A stretch of 64,000 nucleotides of DNA from Chloroflexota bacterium (GTDB lineage: Bacteria > Chloroflexota > Limnocylindria > Limnocylindrales > CSP1-4). The stretch spans positions 25,192-89,191 of the forward strand of contig DAHXON010000002.1 of NCBI GenBank assembly GCA_027364875.1, written 5' to 3'. A model generated the notes under the pieces. The model was given only the letters and a program-made list of their open reading frames with translations, did not search any database and was not told the origin of the DNA. Every line of letters begins with the position of its first letter. Positions within the stretch are counted from its first letter, which is position 1. The translations under genes were made by a program, and so were the position numbers. Below, in pieces: positions 11,132 to 19,716 of this stretch.

Positions 11132-12654
11132 ACGCCCTGCGTACGCTGATCGTCAACGGCACCGTGGTGAACGCGGACGGCTCGCGGCTCGCGGACGTTC
11201 TCGTCGACGGCGAGAAGATCGTCGCCGTGGAGCCCGGACTGGCTGCCCTGATGGCCGGGCCTTCGGGCAGCGTCCCCGCCTCGCCTGCCCCCGGCTCGCT
11301 CGGCCCCGCGTTGCTCGGGCCCGTGGATCGCGTCATCGACGCGTCGTCGAAGCTCGTGATCCCGGGCGCGATCGATCCCCACGTTCACATGGAGCTGCCG
11401 GTCGGCGACGTCGTCTCGAAGGACACGTTCGAGACCGGCACCCGGGCCGCGGCGTTCGGTTCCACCACAACGATCATCGACTTCGCCACGCAGACCCGGG
11501 GTCGTTCGCTTCGCGAGGGGCTCGATGCCTGGCACGCAAAGGCGGACGGCCGCTGTAGCGTCGATTACGCCTTCCACATGGCCGTGTGCGACGTCAACGA
11601 CTCCACGCTCGCCGAGATGGACGCGCTCGTGGACGAGGGGGTCTCGTCGTTCAAGCTCTTCACCGCCTACCCGGGGCGCATGTACAGCGACGACGGCGCG
11701 ATCCTGCGCTCCATGTTCCGCTCAGCCGGCAACGGGGCGCTGATCATGATGCACGCGGAAAACGGACTCGCGGTCGACGTGCTGGCGGAGCGGCTCGTCG
11801 CCGCCGGGATGACCGCTCCCCGATACCACGCGGAGGCGCACCCGGCCGCGCTCGAGGGCGAGGCCACCCACCGGGTCATCGAGCTGGCGGCCATCGCCGG
11901 CGCTGCCCTCTACGTGGTCCACGTCTCGGCCGCGGAGGCCGTCGAGGAGATCGCGATGGCTCGGGCTCGCGGGGCCGAGGTCTTCGGCGAGACGTGCCCG
12001 CAGTATCTGTTCCTGTCGGTCGCGGCCCTGGCCGGCGAGAACGGCCGCGGCGAGGACTCCGGCGGCGAGGACTCCGGCCGCGACGACTCCTCCCGCGACC
12101 CCTTCGAGGGGGCCAAGTTCGTGTGCTCGCCGCCGCTGCGCGGGCTGGGGCATGCGGAGGCGCTATGGAGGGCGCTCGAGGTCGGCGATATCCAGACCGT
12201 CGGCACCGACCACTGCCCGTTCGACTACCGCGGCCAGAAGGAGCTCGGTCGCGGCGACTTCCGGCTGATCCCGAATGGCCTGCCCGGTGTGGAGGAGCGC
12301 GTGGACCTTCTGTACGACGGTGGCGTCGTGGGCGGACGCATCTCGCGCGAGCGCTGGGTCGACCTGATCTCGGCCGCTCCCGCGCGCCGGTTCGGGCTCT
12401 GGGGACGCAAGGGCGCCGTAGCGCCGGGGTTCGACGCCGACCTGGTCGTCTACGATCCCGCGATGGAGCACACGCTGTCGGCCGCCACTCACCACATGAA
12501 CGTGGACTACTCCTGCTACGAGGGACGCGAGGTCCGGGGTGGCTGCCGAACGGTCATGAGTCGGGGCGAGGTATTGGTCGAGAACGGCGAATGGCTCGGG
12601 CGCTCCGGTCGCGGTCGATTCCTGGCGAGGATGCCACAGAGGGCGGGCCTATGA
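11128..12654 (+). CDS. D-hydantoinase/dihydropyrimidinase-type cyclic amidohydrolase
   Basis: GTG 11128 (GTGA overlap) within ORF 10843..12654. IVNGTVVNADGS, DPHVHMELP, SSFKLFTAY (carboxylated Lys region), MMHAENG, YVVHVS, VGTDHCPF. Carries an acidic insert GRGEDSGGEDSGRDDSSRD. Confidence 0.9.
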   Translation: MNALRTLIVNGTVVNADGSRLADVLVDGEKIVAVEPGLAALMAGPSGSVPASPAPGSLGPALLGPVDRVIDASSKLVIPGAIDPHVHMELPVGDVVSKDTFETGTRAAAFGSTTTIIDFATQTRGRSLREGLDAWHAKADGRCSVDYAFHMAVCDVNDSTLAEMDALVDEGVSSFKLFTAYPGRMYSDDGAILRSMFRSAGNGALIMMHAENGLAVDVLAERLVAAGMTAPRYHAEAHPAALEGEATHRVIELAAIAGAALYVVHVSAAEAVEEIAMARARGAEVFGETCPQYLFLSVAALAGENGRGEDSGGEDSGRDDSSRDPFEGAKFVCSPPLRGLGHAEALWRALEVGDIQTVGTDHCPFDYRGQKELGRGDFRLIPNGLPGVEERVDLLYDGGVVGGRISRERWVDLISAAPARRFGLWGRKGAVAPGFDADLVVYDPAMEHTLSAATHHMNVDYSCYEGREVRGGCRTVMSRGEVLVENGEWLGRSGRGRFLARMPQRAGL

Positions 12655-12739
12655 CTCCGTGCCGCGGCACCGGGTACTGAGTCGGGCCTGCCGGCGGCGT
12701 CGTCGCGCGGCTTAGGCGTCGTCGCGCCGCGGGCCGTCT

Positions 12740-13375
12740 TCAGGGTCGATGGTCGCGACCGATTCGGCCGGTCGTGGACGGTGCCTCGGCGGTGCCGCGG
12801 CCGCCGTTGTATATGAGGCCACCGCCTCTGGCGTAGTCGACCAGCACCGCCGCGGCCTCCTCACGGCAGATGCCCCGCGTCACCTGGATCCCGCGGGCCG
12901 CGAGCGCCTCGGGCCAGCCGTCCGGCTTGGCGCCCTCGTCGAAGCCGACCCCCTCGGCGTCGTCGCCCGTCGCCCCGCAGAGAATGCTCTTGACGCCACT
13001 CCAGGGAATGGCTCCCAGGCACATGGCACACGGTTCCGCGCTGGTGACCAGCTGCATCGTCGGCAGCCCCGGCGCCCCCAGGTCGTAGCTGCCAATCGCC
13101 TGCTGGGCTATGGCGATGGCAACTGTCTCGGCGTGGGCGAGAGAGCAGCCCAGCGGCACCACCAGGTTGACGCCGGGAGCCACCACCCGCCCACTGCCGT
13201 CCTCAAAGACAACGGCCCCGAACGGGCCGCCGCCGCGCGCGGCGTTCTCCCGGGCGAGCGAGATGGCCAGCCTCATCCGATCTTCGGGGATCCGGAGCGC
13301 GCCGGGAGACGCATCGATCAGGTCGGACACCCACTCGGGCACCGACACGACCAACCTGGGATACAGGTGGTGCAT
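12740..13375 (-). CDS. guaD: guanine deaminase-like CDA-fold nucleobase deaminase
   Basis: ORF 12740..13375. GGGPFGAVVF, HAETVAI, SAEPCAMCLGAIPWSG and GFDEG match my recollection of B. subtilis GuaD (GGPFGAV, HAE, EPCPMCLGAI, GFDD). Confidence 0.8.
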   Translation of the reverse strand: MHHLYPRLVVSVPEWVSDLIDASPGALRIPEDRMRLAISLARENAARGGGPFGAVVFEDGSGRVVAPGVNLVVPLGCSLAHAETVAIAIAQQAIGSYDLGAPGLPTMQLVTSAEPCAMCLGAIPWSGVKSILCGATGDDAEGVGFDEGAKPDGWPEALAARGIQVTRGICREEAAAVLVDYARGGGLIYNGGRGTAEAPSTTGRIGRDHRP

Positions 13376-13494
13376 GCCCGGATTCTACTAGCCGCCAGGC
13401 CCGGTCATTCCGACCGTCGGAGGGGCTTTCGGGCGCCCCCAGAACGGTCGATTCAATGGGCGCTCGCGGTCCGCCCGGTCGAAGCGGCTGAGCC

Positions 13495-14271
13495 TCAATG
13501 CCCGCCGCCGTGCGACCCGGGCGCAGCCGCCGGTGCCGCGGGTGGAACGGCGGCCGCCGCAGGGAACGGCAGGTTCGACCGGCTGCTGCCGGCGACTTCG
13601 GCGGATCCGCGGAAGTCCCTGCGCCTTCGGTCGGAGTTCATTCGGTCGATGGCCAGGCGGAGCGCGTCCGCCAGGCTCTCCGCGCCGATCGGTTGGGCCC
13701 AGCCGACGGCCACTCGAATGGTGACCGCGCACGCTTCGAGCCAGGCGTCGGATTCCGCACGTACCCGTTCGACGTAGTTGGTCGCGGCGATCTCGCTCGT
13801 CTCGGGCAGCAGGGCGACGAAGCGGCCGTATTCGATGCTCGCGACGATGTCGGCGTTGCGAGCGTTGCGGCTGATCACGGCCGCGACGGGCGGAATGAGG
13901 CACGACGCCACGTCCTGGCCGAAGGCTGAGGCAAACCGCTCGAGCCCGTCCAGCTCGGCCACCAGGATCGTTGCCGGCCGCCGATAACGCGCCAGACGAT
14001 CTTCCTCGCGGCGCAGTGCGTCGTTCCAGGCCTGCCGGGAGGCGAGCCCGCTGATCGGATCCACGAGCGGGTTGCCGGGAAGCTTGACCCTGGACGCTGA
14101 CCAGGCGCGGATGGCCTTGCGCACGCGCGCGCTCCGCCCGAGGGTCATCACTAGAACGGTTGCCCCGGCGGCCACGGCCGCGATTGCGACGTCGAAGAGT
14201 AGCTGGTTCTCCATCCCCTGATCACCATGCGTCTCGAGCCAGGAGGATTCTGCGAGGCTCGATCCGATCAC
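13495..14271 (-). CDS. membrane-anchored degenerate GGDEF-domain protein (GGDEF replaced by EYGRF)
   Basis: ORF 13495..14271 (the start may be M20, 14214). TM segment LLFDVAIAAVAAGATVLVMTL. DPISGLASRQAW..ILVAELDGLERF..ADIVASIEYGRFVALLPE aligns to the GGDEF fold without the GG[DE]EF signature. Confidence 0.65.
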   Translation of the reverse strand: MIGSSLAESSWLETHGDQGMENQLLFDVAIAAVAAGATVLVMTLGRSARVRKAIRAWSASRVKLPGNPLVDPISGLASRQAWNDALRREEDRLARYRRPATILVAELDGLERFASAFGQDVASCLIPPVAAVISRNARNADIVASIEYGRFVALLPETSEIAATNYVERVRAESDAWLEACAVTIRVAVGWAQPIGAESLADALRLAIDRMNSDRRRRDFRGSAEVAGSSRSNLPFPAAAAVPPAAPAAAPGSHGGGH

Positions 14272-14534
14272 GCGCCGGTACGGGAGTCATGTGACCGCAC
14301 CGCGCGGCCGTGGCCGCGGCGGCTGTGCGAGCTGGCCGAGCCCGCCCGGCGGGAAGCGCGGACGACCGAGTCAGGCGGAGGCCGCGGCGTGCTCGGAGCT
14401 TCGTGTGCTTTCCCTTCGGCCGCGGCCAGCGCCCATATCAGTCCCCAAGCCGACGGCAGGGCAGGCAGACCCGGGCTGCTCCTGTCCGCCCCTTGCGGCC
14501 ACGCTCGGCTTCCCGAAGAATCCGCCTCGCGCCG

Positions 14535-15110
14535 TCACCCGTAACCGCGGCGGAGCAGATGACGAGCGCCGGCCATCATGGCGGCCTGACCTGCAACCTC
14601 AAACCCGAACACGTCCGCCAGGCGATCGGTGATGTTGAAGGCGAAGGCCACGGCCAGAGCGTCGCGGATCTGCTGGGGGGTTACACCGGCGGCCAGAGCG
14701 GCGCGGATGTCCTCCTCGTCGATGTGCTGCTCGCGGGTCAGCGTACCGAGCATCCGCAGCGTCGCCCTCAACGGCTCATCGATCGGCGCGGTCTCGAGGT
14801 TCGACAGGGTCGCGGCGACCTTCGCATCGTCGCCGTACCAGAGGCTCGAGGTGGCCGAGTGCGCCGCCACGCAGAACTGGCAGCTGTTGACCTTTGAGAC
14901 GTACGCCGCCATGAGCTCGCGGTCGCCGACCGACCACTCGGAGGGACCACGCATGGCCTCCTGGGTCAACGGACCGGCACGGTAGAAGTCAGGCCGGTAG
15001 AGGGCTACTTTCACGGCGTCGAGCACAGGCTGGCGGGACACAATGCGAATGAGCACGAAGAGTGCCCTGGTGCGCAGCCGGTGGCCCCGGTCGAGAATGG
15101 CCAGACGCAC
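14535..15110 (-). CDS. carboxymuconolactone decarboxylase (AhpD-like) family protein with CxxC
   Basis: ORF 14535..15110. VSKVNSCQFCVAAHS plus the C-terminal DEEDIRAALAAGVTPQQIRDALAVAFAFNITDRL, typical of the CMD/AhpD-like family. Confidence 0.8.
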   Translation of the reverse strand: MRLAILDRGHRLRTRALFVLIRIVSRQPVLDAVKVALYRPDFYRAGPLTQEAMRGPSEWSVGDRELMAAYVSKVNSCQFCVAAHSATSSLWYGDDAKVAATLSNLETAPIDEPLRATLRMLGTLTREQHIDEEDIRAALAAGVTPQQIRDALAVAFAFNITDRLADVFGFEVAGQAAMMAGARHLLRRGYG

Positions 15111-15113
15111 GGC

Positions 15114-15735
15114 TCAGTCCGCCGCAACGGCGCGGAGCGCCTTCAGCCCACTCTCGTACTGGCGGGTCGCCTGACCGATCGCCGCGCAGACCACGATCTC
15201 GAAGATCTGATCCTCGGTCAGTCCGGCGCTGCGGACCGACGCGATGTCGTCGTCGGTGACCATGTAGGCGTGGTAGGCGGTCTTATCGACCAGGGTCCGA
15301 AGCGGTTCATCCAGCCCGTGGAGGTCGTACGCGGCACGGCGCAGGGGACGGGGCGCCTCGCCGTCGCCATCGAGGGCCCGCCTCACGAGCGCGTCGTGCA
15401 GTCGACCGATGTCAGTCATGTTCGCCGCGAGCCCGTCTCGGGGGATCGCTGGGCTCATCGGATCGGCGCGGCTCCAACTCCCGGAGCTCATGCGCCTCGC
15501 CTGCTCCGAGCAACCCCGCCCTCGCCGTCGCGATCAGTGCCAGCCGGTCGCGCTCTTGCACGTCGACATCTCCGATTTGCCAGTCATGCGGCTTCGCCAG
15601 AATTGCGCCCGCCAGCAGGCCCGGATACCCCGCGCGCTGACGCGCTCCCATCAAACGACCCTGTGCCGGGGACGCCGCCTGACCGGACCGAAGAATGCCG
15701 CTTGCCAGGGAGTATCGGCAGGCGCCGCGGCGCAT
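15114..15735 (-). pseudogene. second CMD/AhpD-like paralogue split over two frames (possible frameshift; CxxC lost)
   Basis: ORF 15412..15735 carries the N-half (WQIGDVDVQERDRLALIATARAGLLGAGEAHE, parallel to WSVGDRELMAAYVSKVNSCQFCVAAHS). ORF 15114..15491 carries the C-half (LDEPLRTLVDKTAYHAYMVTDDDIASVRSAGLTEDQIFEIVV). The two frames overlap at 15412-15491. Confidence 0.45.
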
Positions 15736-15999
15736 GTCTCATTTCCCGGTCCGATGGGCGTTAGTCGAGGGCGCCGCCAAGAGCAACGAGTGCGCCCTCT
15801 CCAGCCGGCTGAGAGGTCGTCAAGCGGATGGCGCCGGTCGAACGAGCGCGGTTGCATGGGTGGGGCCGATCGGGTAGGCCACTGGTACGTATGTACTACC
15901 TCCGGCCCTACCTCGGCGGCTCCGTCCGGCCTAGCTTCCGTCTCGAGGGCGCCGGGCGCCAGTCCCTGACTCATCGCAGGCCCGGCGATCGGGGCATCT

Positions 16000-18396
16000 T
16001 TGAGAAGGCCGTACGCGAGCATCCGCAGTTCCGGCTTTCACCGCGTTGCGCGGGTCGGGGGCCGCCTCATTGTCGCCGTGGCAACGCTCGCCTGTACCGC
16101 GGCTCTCGCGGTCGCGCATCCTGCCGCCGTGGCCGCCGCGGATCCCACAGTCGCCGCCGCGGGAGACTATGGCTGCGACCCGCTGGACCCCGACTACAAC
16201 AACCTCGACGGCACTCCGGACGGCAAGCAGTGCGAGCAGAAGGCAACTTCGAACCTGCTGGTCAACGGGGGTTTCGACAAGGTCCTGGCGCTGGGCGACC
16301 AGCACTACTGCGGCAGTCTGGCGGAATACCAGCAGGCCTACGATCAAACCTGGGGCCGCGTCAAGGCGATCACCCGCCCCGTCCCGGGCAATCACGAGTA
16401 CCTGACCGCCGGCGGGTCGACGCCGACGACCGGCTGCGATAGCTCCAACGCCGGGGCCGCCGGCTACTTCGGCTATTTCGGTGCGGCCGCAGGAACCGCG
16501 GGTCAGGGCTGGTACAGCTACGACGTCGGTGCCTGGCATCTGATCGCGCTGAACTCGAACTGCGGGAATGTCGGCGGATGCGCCCCCAGCTCGCCTCAGG
16601 GGTTGTGGCTGGCCGCCGACCTGGCCGCCCATCCCAACCAGTGCACCCTCGCCTACTGGCACATACCCCTGTTCAGCTCCGGTGGCCGAGCGGCCCAAAA
16701 CGGCTACTGGCTCTGGCAGCAGCTCTACGCGGCCCACGCCGACGTCGTTCTCGACGGCCACGACCACATCTACGAGCGGTTCGATCCTCAGGATGCGAAC
16801 GGCCTTGCGGACGCGAACGGCATCCGCGAGTTCATCGTCGGCACGGGCGGGGCCAACCACACCTCGATCGCGGCGGTGGCGGCCAACAGCGTGGTCCGCG
16901 ACACGACGACGTTCGGCGTTCTGGCGCTGACGCTGCACTCCAACAGCTACTCATGGGTCTTCGAACCGGCGGCCGGCACGGGAACCTTCACCGACAGCGG
17001 CTCGGCGTCATGCCACAACAGCGGACCCGTGCCCAGCGCGAGCCCGAGCGTGGGCGTGACCGCGACACCGAGCGCGAGCCCGAGCCCGACTCCCAGCTCC
17101 GGGGCCTCCGGCGGCTCGATGACTTTCAATCCCGTTGCCGATAGCTACGTGGACGCTTCCGCCCCGACGGCTACGCACGGCTCTGCCGCCAGCCTCAGGA
17201 TCGACGGATCGCCGGTGGTTCGAACCTACCTGCGGTTCAACGTAAGCGGCATCGCCGGCGCTGTGATCAGCGCCACGTTGCGAGTCTGGGCCAACACCGC
17301 TCAGACCACTGGATACGACCTCTATGCGGTTTCGGACAACACCTGGAGCGAGACCATGATCACCAACGCCAACGCGCCACCGTTCGGGGCGACCAGGCTC
17401 GGGGGCTCGGGCCGCATAACCGCCGGGACGTGGACGAGCGTGAGCGTGACCTCGGCGATCAGGGCCAACGGCACGTTCAGCTTCGGGCTCTCCACGACGA
17501 ACAGCACCGCGGTTTCATTCTCGTCGCGTGAGGGTCCGTATCCCGCGCAGCTGGTCATCGTCTACTCGGGCGCGGGCGGCACGCCGAGCTCCTCGCCGAC
17601 CGGAACCGCCACGACCCCGCCGACAAATCCGCCCACGGCAACGCCGACCCCGAGCCCCACCGGGACGCCGACCGCGAGCCCGACAGCCTCGCCCTCCCCC
17701 ACGCCGGTGCCGACCACTACGCCGATCGGATCTTCCGGCAGCGCGACGTTCACCCCCGTCGCCGACAGCTACGTGGACGCATCGGTCCCCGCCGGCAATT
17801 TCGGCAAGTCAGCTCAGGTCCGCATCGACGGCTCGCCGGTCGTCCGGACATATCTGCGGTTCAGCCTCACGGGGATCAACGGGACCGTGACGTCGGCGGT
17901 CCTGCGCGTGTACGCCAACTCCGCTCAGACGCTCGGCTACGACGCCTACCCGGTCGCCGGCAACACCTGGGTCGAGAGCGCGATCACGAATGCGAACGCC
18001 CCGTCCTTCGGCGCCGGCAGGCTTGGAAGCTCGGGCCGCATAACCGCTGCCACCTGGACCAGCGTCGACGTGACTTCCGCGATCAGCGGCAGCGGCGTCT
18101 TCAGCTTCGGCCTCTCGACGACCAGCAGCACCGCCGTCTCGCTGTCGTCGCGAGAGGGTGCCCATCCGCCTCAGCTGGTGATCACCTGGACGAGCGGCGC
18201 TTCGCTTGTCGCGCCAATGCAGCCGAGCCGTGGCGAGCCGTGGCCGGCAACGCTATCGCTTCTGGCGACCCTGCTCGGAGCAGCGCTGCTGCGCTTCGCG
18301 AGCTGGCCACCGCGCCGGCGAGAAGCCGCCGGTCGACGCGCGGGCTGCCGGTCGATCGGCGTCGTTGCCCCGGCGATCAGGCCGGCCCGGGGCTGA
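16000..18396 (+). CDS. secreted calcineurin-like metallophosphoesterase with two tandem DNRLRE-like beta-sandwich domains, PT-rich linkers and a C-terminal hydrophobic anchor
   Basis: ORF 16000..18396 (TTG start). Signal-like LIVAVATLACTAALAVAHPAAVAAA. GDQHY, PVPGNHEY and GHDHIYER metallophosphoesterase motifs. Two approximately 150-aa repeats end in SSREGxxPxQLVI. C-terminus PWPATLSLLATLLGAALLRFASW followed by an Arg-rich tail. Confidence 0.8.
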   Translation: MRRPYASIRSSGFHRVARVGGRLIVAVATLACTAALAVAHPAAVAAADPTVAAAGDYGCDPLDPDYNNLDGTPDGKQCEQKATSNLLVNGGFDKVLALGDQHYCGSLAEYQQAYDQTWGRVKAITRPVPGNHEYLTAGGSTPTTGCDSSNAGAAGYFGYFGAAAGTAGQGWYSYDVGAWHLIALNSNCGNVGGCAPSSPQGLWLAADLAAHPNQCTLAYWHIPLFSSGGRAAQNGYWLWQQLYAAHADVVLDGHDHIYERFDPQDANGLADANGIREFIVGTGGANHTSIAAVAANSVVRDTTTFGVLALTLHSNSYSWVFEPAAGTGTFTDSGSASCHNSGPVPSASPSVGVTATPSASPSPTPSSGASGGSMTFNPVADSYVDASAPTATHGSAASLRIDGSPVVRTYLRFNVSGIAGAVISATLRVWANTAQTTGYDLYAVSDNTWSETMITNANAPPFGATRLGGSGRITAGTWTSVSVTSAIRANGTFSFGLSTTNSTAVSFSSREGPYPAQLVIVYSGAGGTPSSSPTGTATTPPTNPPTATPTPSPTGTPTASPTASPSPTPVPTTTPIGSSGSATFTPVADSYVDASVPAGNFGKSAQVRIDGSPVVRTYLRFSLTGINGTVTSAVLRVYANSAQTLGYDAYPVAGNTWVESAITNANAPSFGAGRLGSSGRITAATWTSVDVTSAISGSGVFSFGLSTTSSTAVSLSSREGAHPPQLVITWTSGASLVAPMQPSRGEPWPATLSLLATLLGAALLRFASWPPRRREAAGRRAGCRSIGVVAPAIRPARG
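17119..17568 (+). repeat. intragenic domain repeat unit 1 (DNRLRE-like)
   Basis: MTFNPVADSYVDASAPTATHGSAASLRIDGSPVVRTYLRFNVSGI...SFSSREGPYPAQLVIVYS. Paralogous at protein and DNA level to 17746-18192. Confidence 0.8.
17746..18192 (+). repeat. intragenic domain repeat unit 2 (DNRLRE-like)
   Basis: TFTPVADSYVDASVPAGNFGKSAQVRIDGSPVVRTYLRFSLTGI...SLSSREGAHPPQLVITWT. Confidence 0.8.
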
Positions 18397-18523
18397 TCAC
18401 GGTTTCCTCCGCCGGCTGCCGAAGGACCGTCTCAAGGAGGTCTTGGGCGCGCGAGGACGACAAACAGGCAGCGCCGCTGTCTAGACTCGACTGACCAACA
18501 AATCGGATAGGAGGCGCAGCCAG

Positions 18524-18925
18524 ATGGCCGCTTTGACGGGAAACGCGCCCGACGTGTCAGGGGCTATCTACGACCAGAAGAGCCAGTACGACCAGATTGT
18601 GCCCTGGCTTGTCGGCGGCGAACGGCTCTACGCGGTATTCGATCTGAAGGGGTCAGGGACCGGTTTCATCGCCCTCACCAACAAGCGCCTGATGTTCTAC
18701 GACAAGGCCTTTGTGGGAAAGCGCAAGGCGTTGACGAGCGTTCCGTTCAACAAGATCACGTCTGTGTCGAGCGTGGATGAGGGGAGAGGGCTGTTCGGAG
18801 CAACCAGCGAACTTGTGGTGAAGGCATCCTCAGAGATCTTCGAGTTCGAGTTTCGGGGAGGCGACAAGGCTCAGCGCGCCTATCAACTGATCATGTCCGA
18901 GATCCTGCAGAACGAACCGGCGTAG
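18524..18925 (+). CDS. bacterial PH-domain (YokE/bPH_3-like) protein
   Basis: ORF 18524..18925 with TAGGAGG upstream. LVGGERLYAVFDLKGSGTGFIALTNKRLMFYDK...VPFNKITSVSS fits the bacterial PH/GRAM-like pattern. Local GC is visibly lower than the flanks. Confidence 0.7.
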   Translation: MAALTGNAPDVSGAIYDQKSQYDQIVPWLVGGERLYAVFDLKGSGTGFIALTNKRLMFYDKAFVGKRKALTSVPFNKITSVSSVDEGRGLFGATSELVVKASSEIFEFEFRGGDKAQRAYQLIMSEILQNEPA

Positions 18926-19035
18926 GCGCAGATGGATAGCCGTCAACCGTCCCGCTGAACTGCCTGTCGCGGTCGGGGAGATTCTCCATCAGCATTCGCA
19001 AGAGTCGGGCGCGTGGGACTGGAGGAGCGAATACG

Positions 19036-19674
19036 TCAGCGGCCGAGAGCGACGGCCGTCCAGACGGCTGCGATGCCCACGACGAGGACGGCGATCTCGA
19101 GGTAGAGGAAGCCGAGCACTCCTCGCAGGGTCGATCCGATTCCGACCGGCTGGCCGTCTTCAAGCGTCTTGATTCCTAGCTCCTTGTGCGAAAGGTACTC
19201 GCGGATTTTCGGATCCACGGCCTCGCCCAGCATCAACCCCCGGATCAGGTTCACCTTCTTCCGGTACCTGATGTTGGCCCTGCGCTCGGCTGAAAGCATG
19301 TGCAGGAAGGAGAATCCGATAATCACGACCATCGCGAACAGGATGGTCACGACTGCGGCCGATACCGCGCTCACCTTCTCGGAGTTCGCCACGAAGCTGG
19401 CTGCCACGGCAACTACACCGGCGAAGATGGCCGAGTAGTACTCGATGAACTTGAACCGGCGCTCGTCAATGGCCAGGATCATCGACCAGGCCTGGTCGAA
19501 CTCCTTCAGCAGGAACTCACGCTCGCGGTCTTCCACGCGCCGAACCTGACAAACGGCAGCGCGATGCAGCTGAGCGACTGTCGATCTGGACTGCCCGAGC
19601 AAGAATACCGGGTCCTCGTGGGAGCCGACGCGGGCGCCCGGCTCTAGCCATTCCCCGGTAGATGGCAGCTGCAA
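19036..19674 (-). CDS. hypothetical membrane protein (about 3 TM segments), no family recognised
   Basis: ORF 19036..19674. Hydrophobic segments YSAIFAGVVAVAASFVA, VSAAVVTILFAMVVIIGFSFL and VLGFLYLEIAVLVVGIAAVWTAVAL. Lower GC. Start uncertain. Confidence 0.5.
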   Translation of the reverse strand: MQLPSTGEWLEPGARVGSHEDPVFLLGQSRSTVAQLHRAAVCQVRRVEDREREFLLKEFDQAWSMILAIDERRFKFIEYYSAIFAGVVAVAASFVANSEKVSAVSAAVVTILFAMVVIIGFSFLHMLSAERRANIRYRKKVNLIRGLMLGEAVDPKIREYLSHKELGIKTLEDGQPVGIGSTLRGVLGFLYLEIAVLVVGIAAVWTAVALGR

Positions 19675-19700
19675 GCGTTGGCATGACGCTCGCCGGTGTG

Positions 19701-19716
19701 TTGGCGCGCCCGGAGG
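19701..19716. repeat. 16-bp direct repeat ttggcgcgcccggagg (left copy; putative target-site duplication)
   Basis: Identical to 21043-21058. The left copy is an orphan duplicate of the 3' end of the tRNA-like gene. Confidence 0.8.

Noticed and set aside
12658-12729. The 12-bp palindrome gtgccgcggcac and the direct repeat ggcgtcgtcgcgc x2 between the convergent hydantoinase and deaminase genes, as a bidirectional terminator.
   Set aside because: The stems are short, the loop is long and there is no U-tract. I cannot distinguish this from chance GC-rich self-complementarity without folding energies.
15651-16442. ORFs 15651..16022 (-), 15695..15877 (+) and 15828..16442 (+) upstream of, or overlapping, the metallophosphoesterase start.
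   Set aside because: They have no motifs or Shine-Dalgarno sequence, and they overlap the signal-peptide region of the well-supported 16000..18396 gene in other frames.
17030-17745. Repetitive Pro/Thr/Ser-coding DNA (17030-17110 and 17575-17745) as a possible repeat array or CRISPR.
   Set aside because: It is in frame within the 798-aa secreted protein and encodes inter-domain PT linkers. There is no spacer/repeat periodicity. No CRISPR-like array was seen anywhere in the window.
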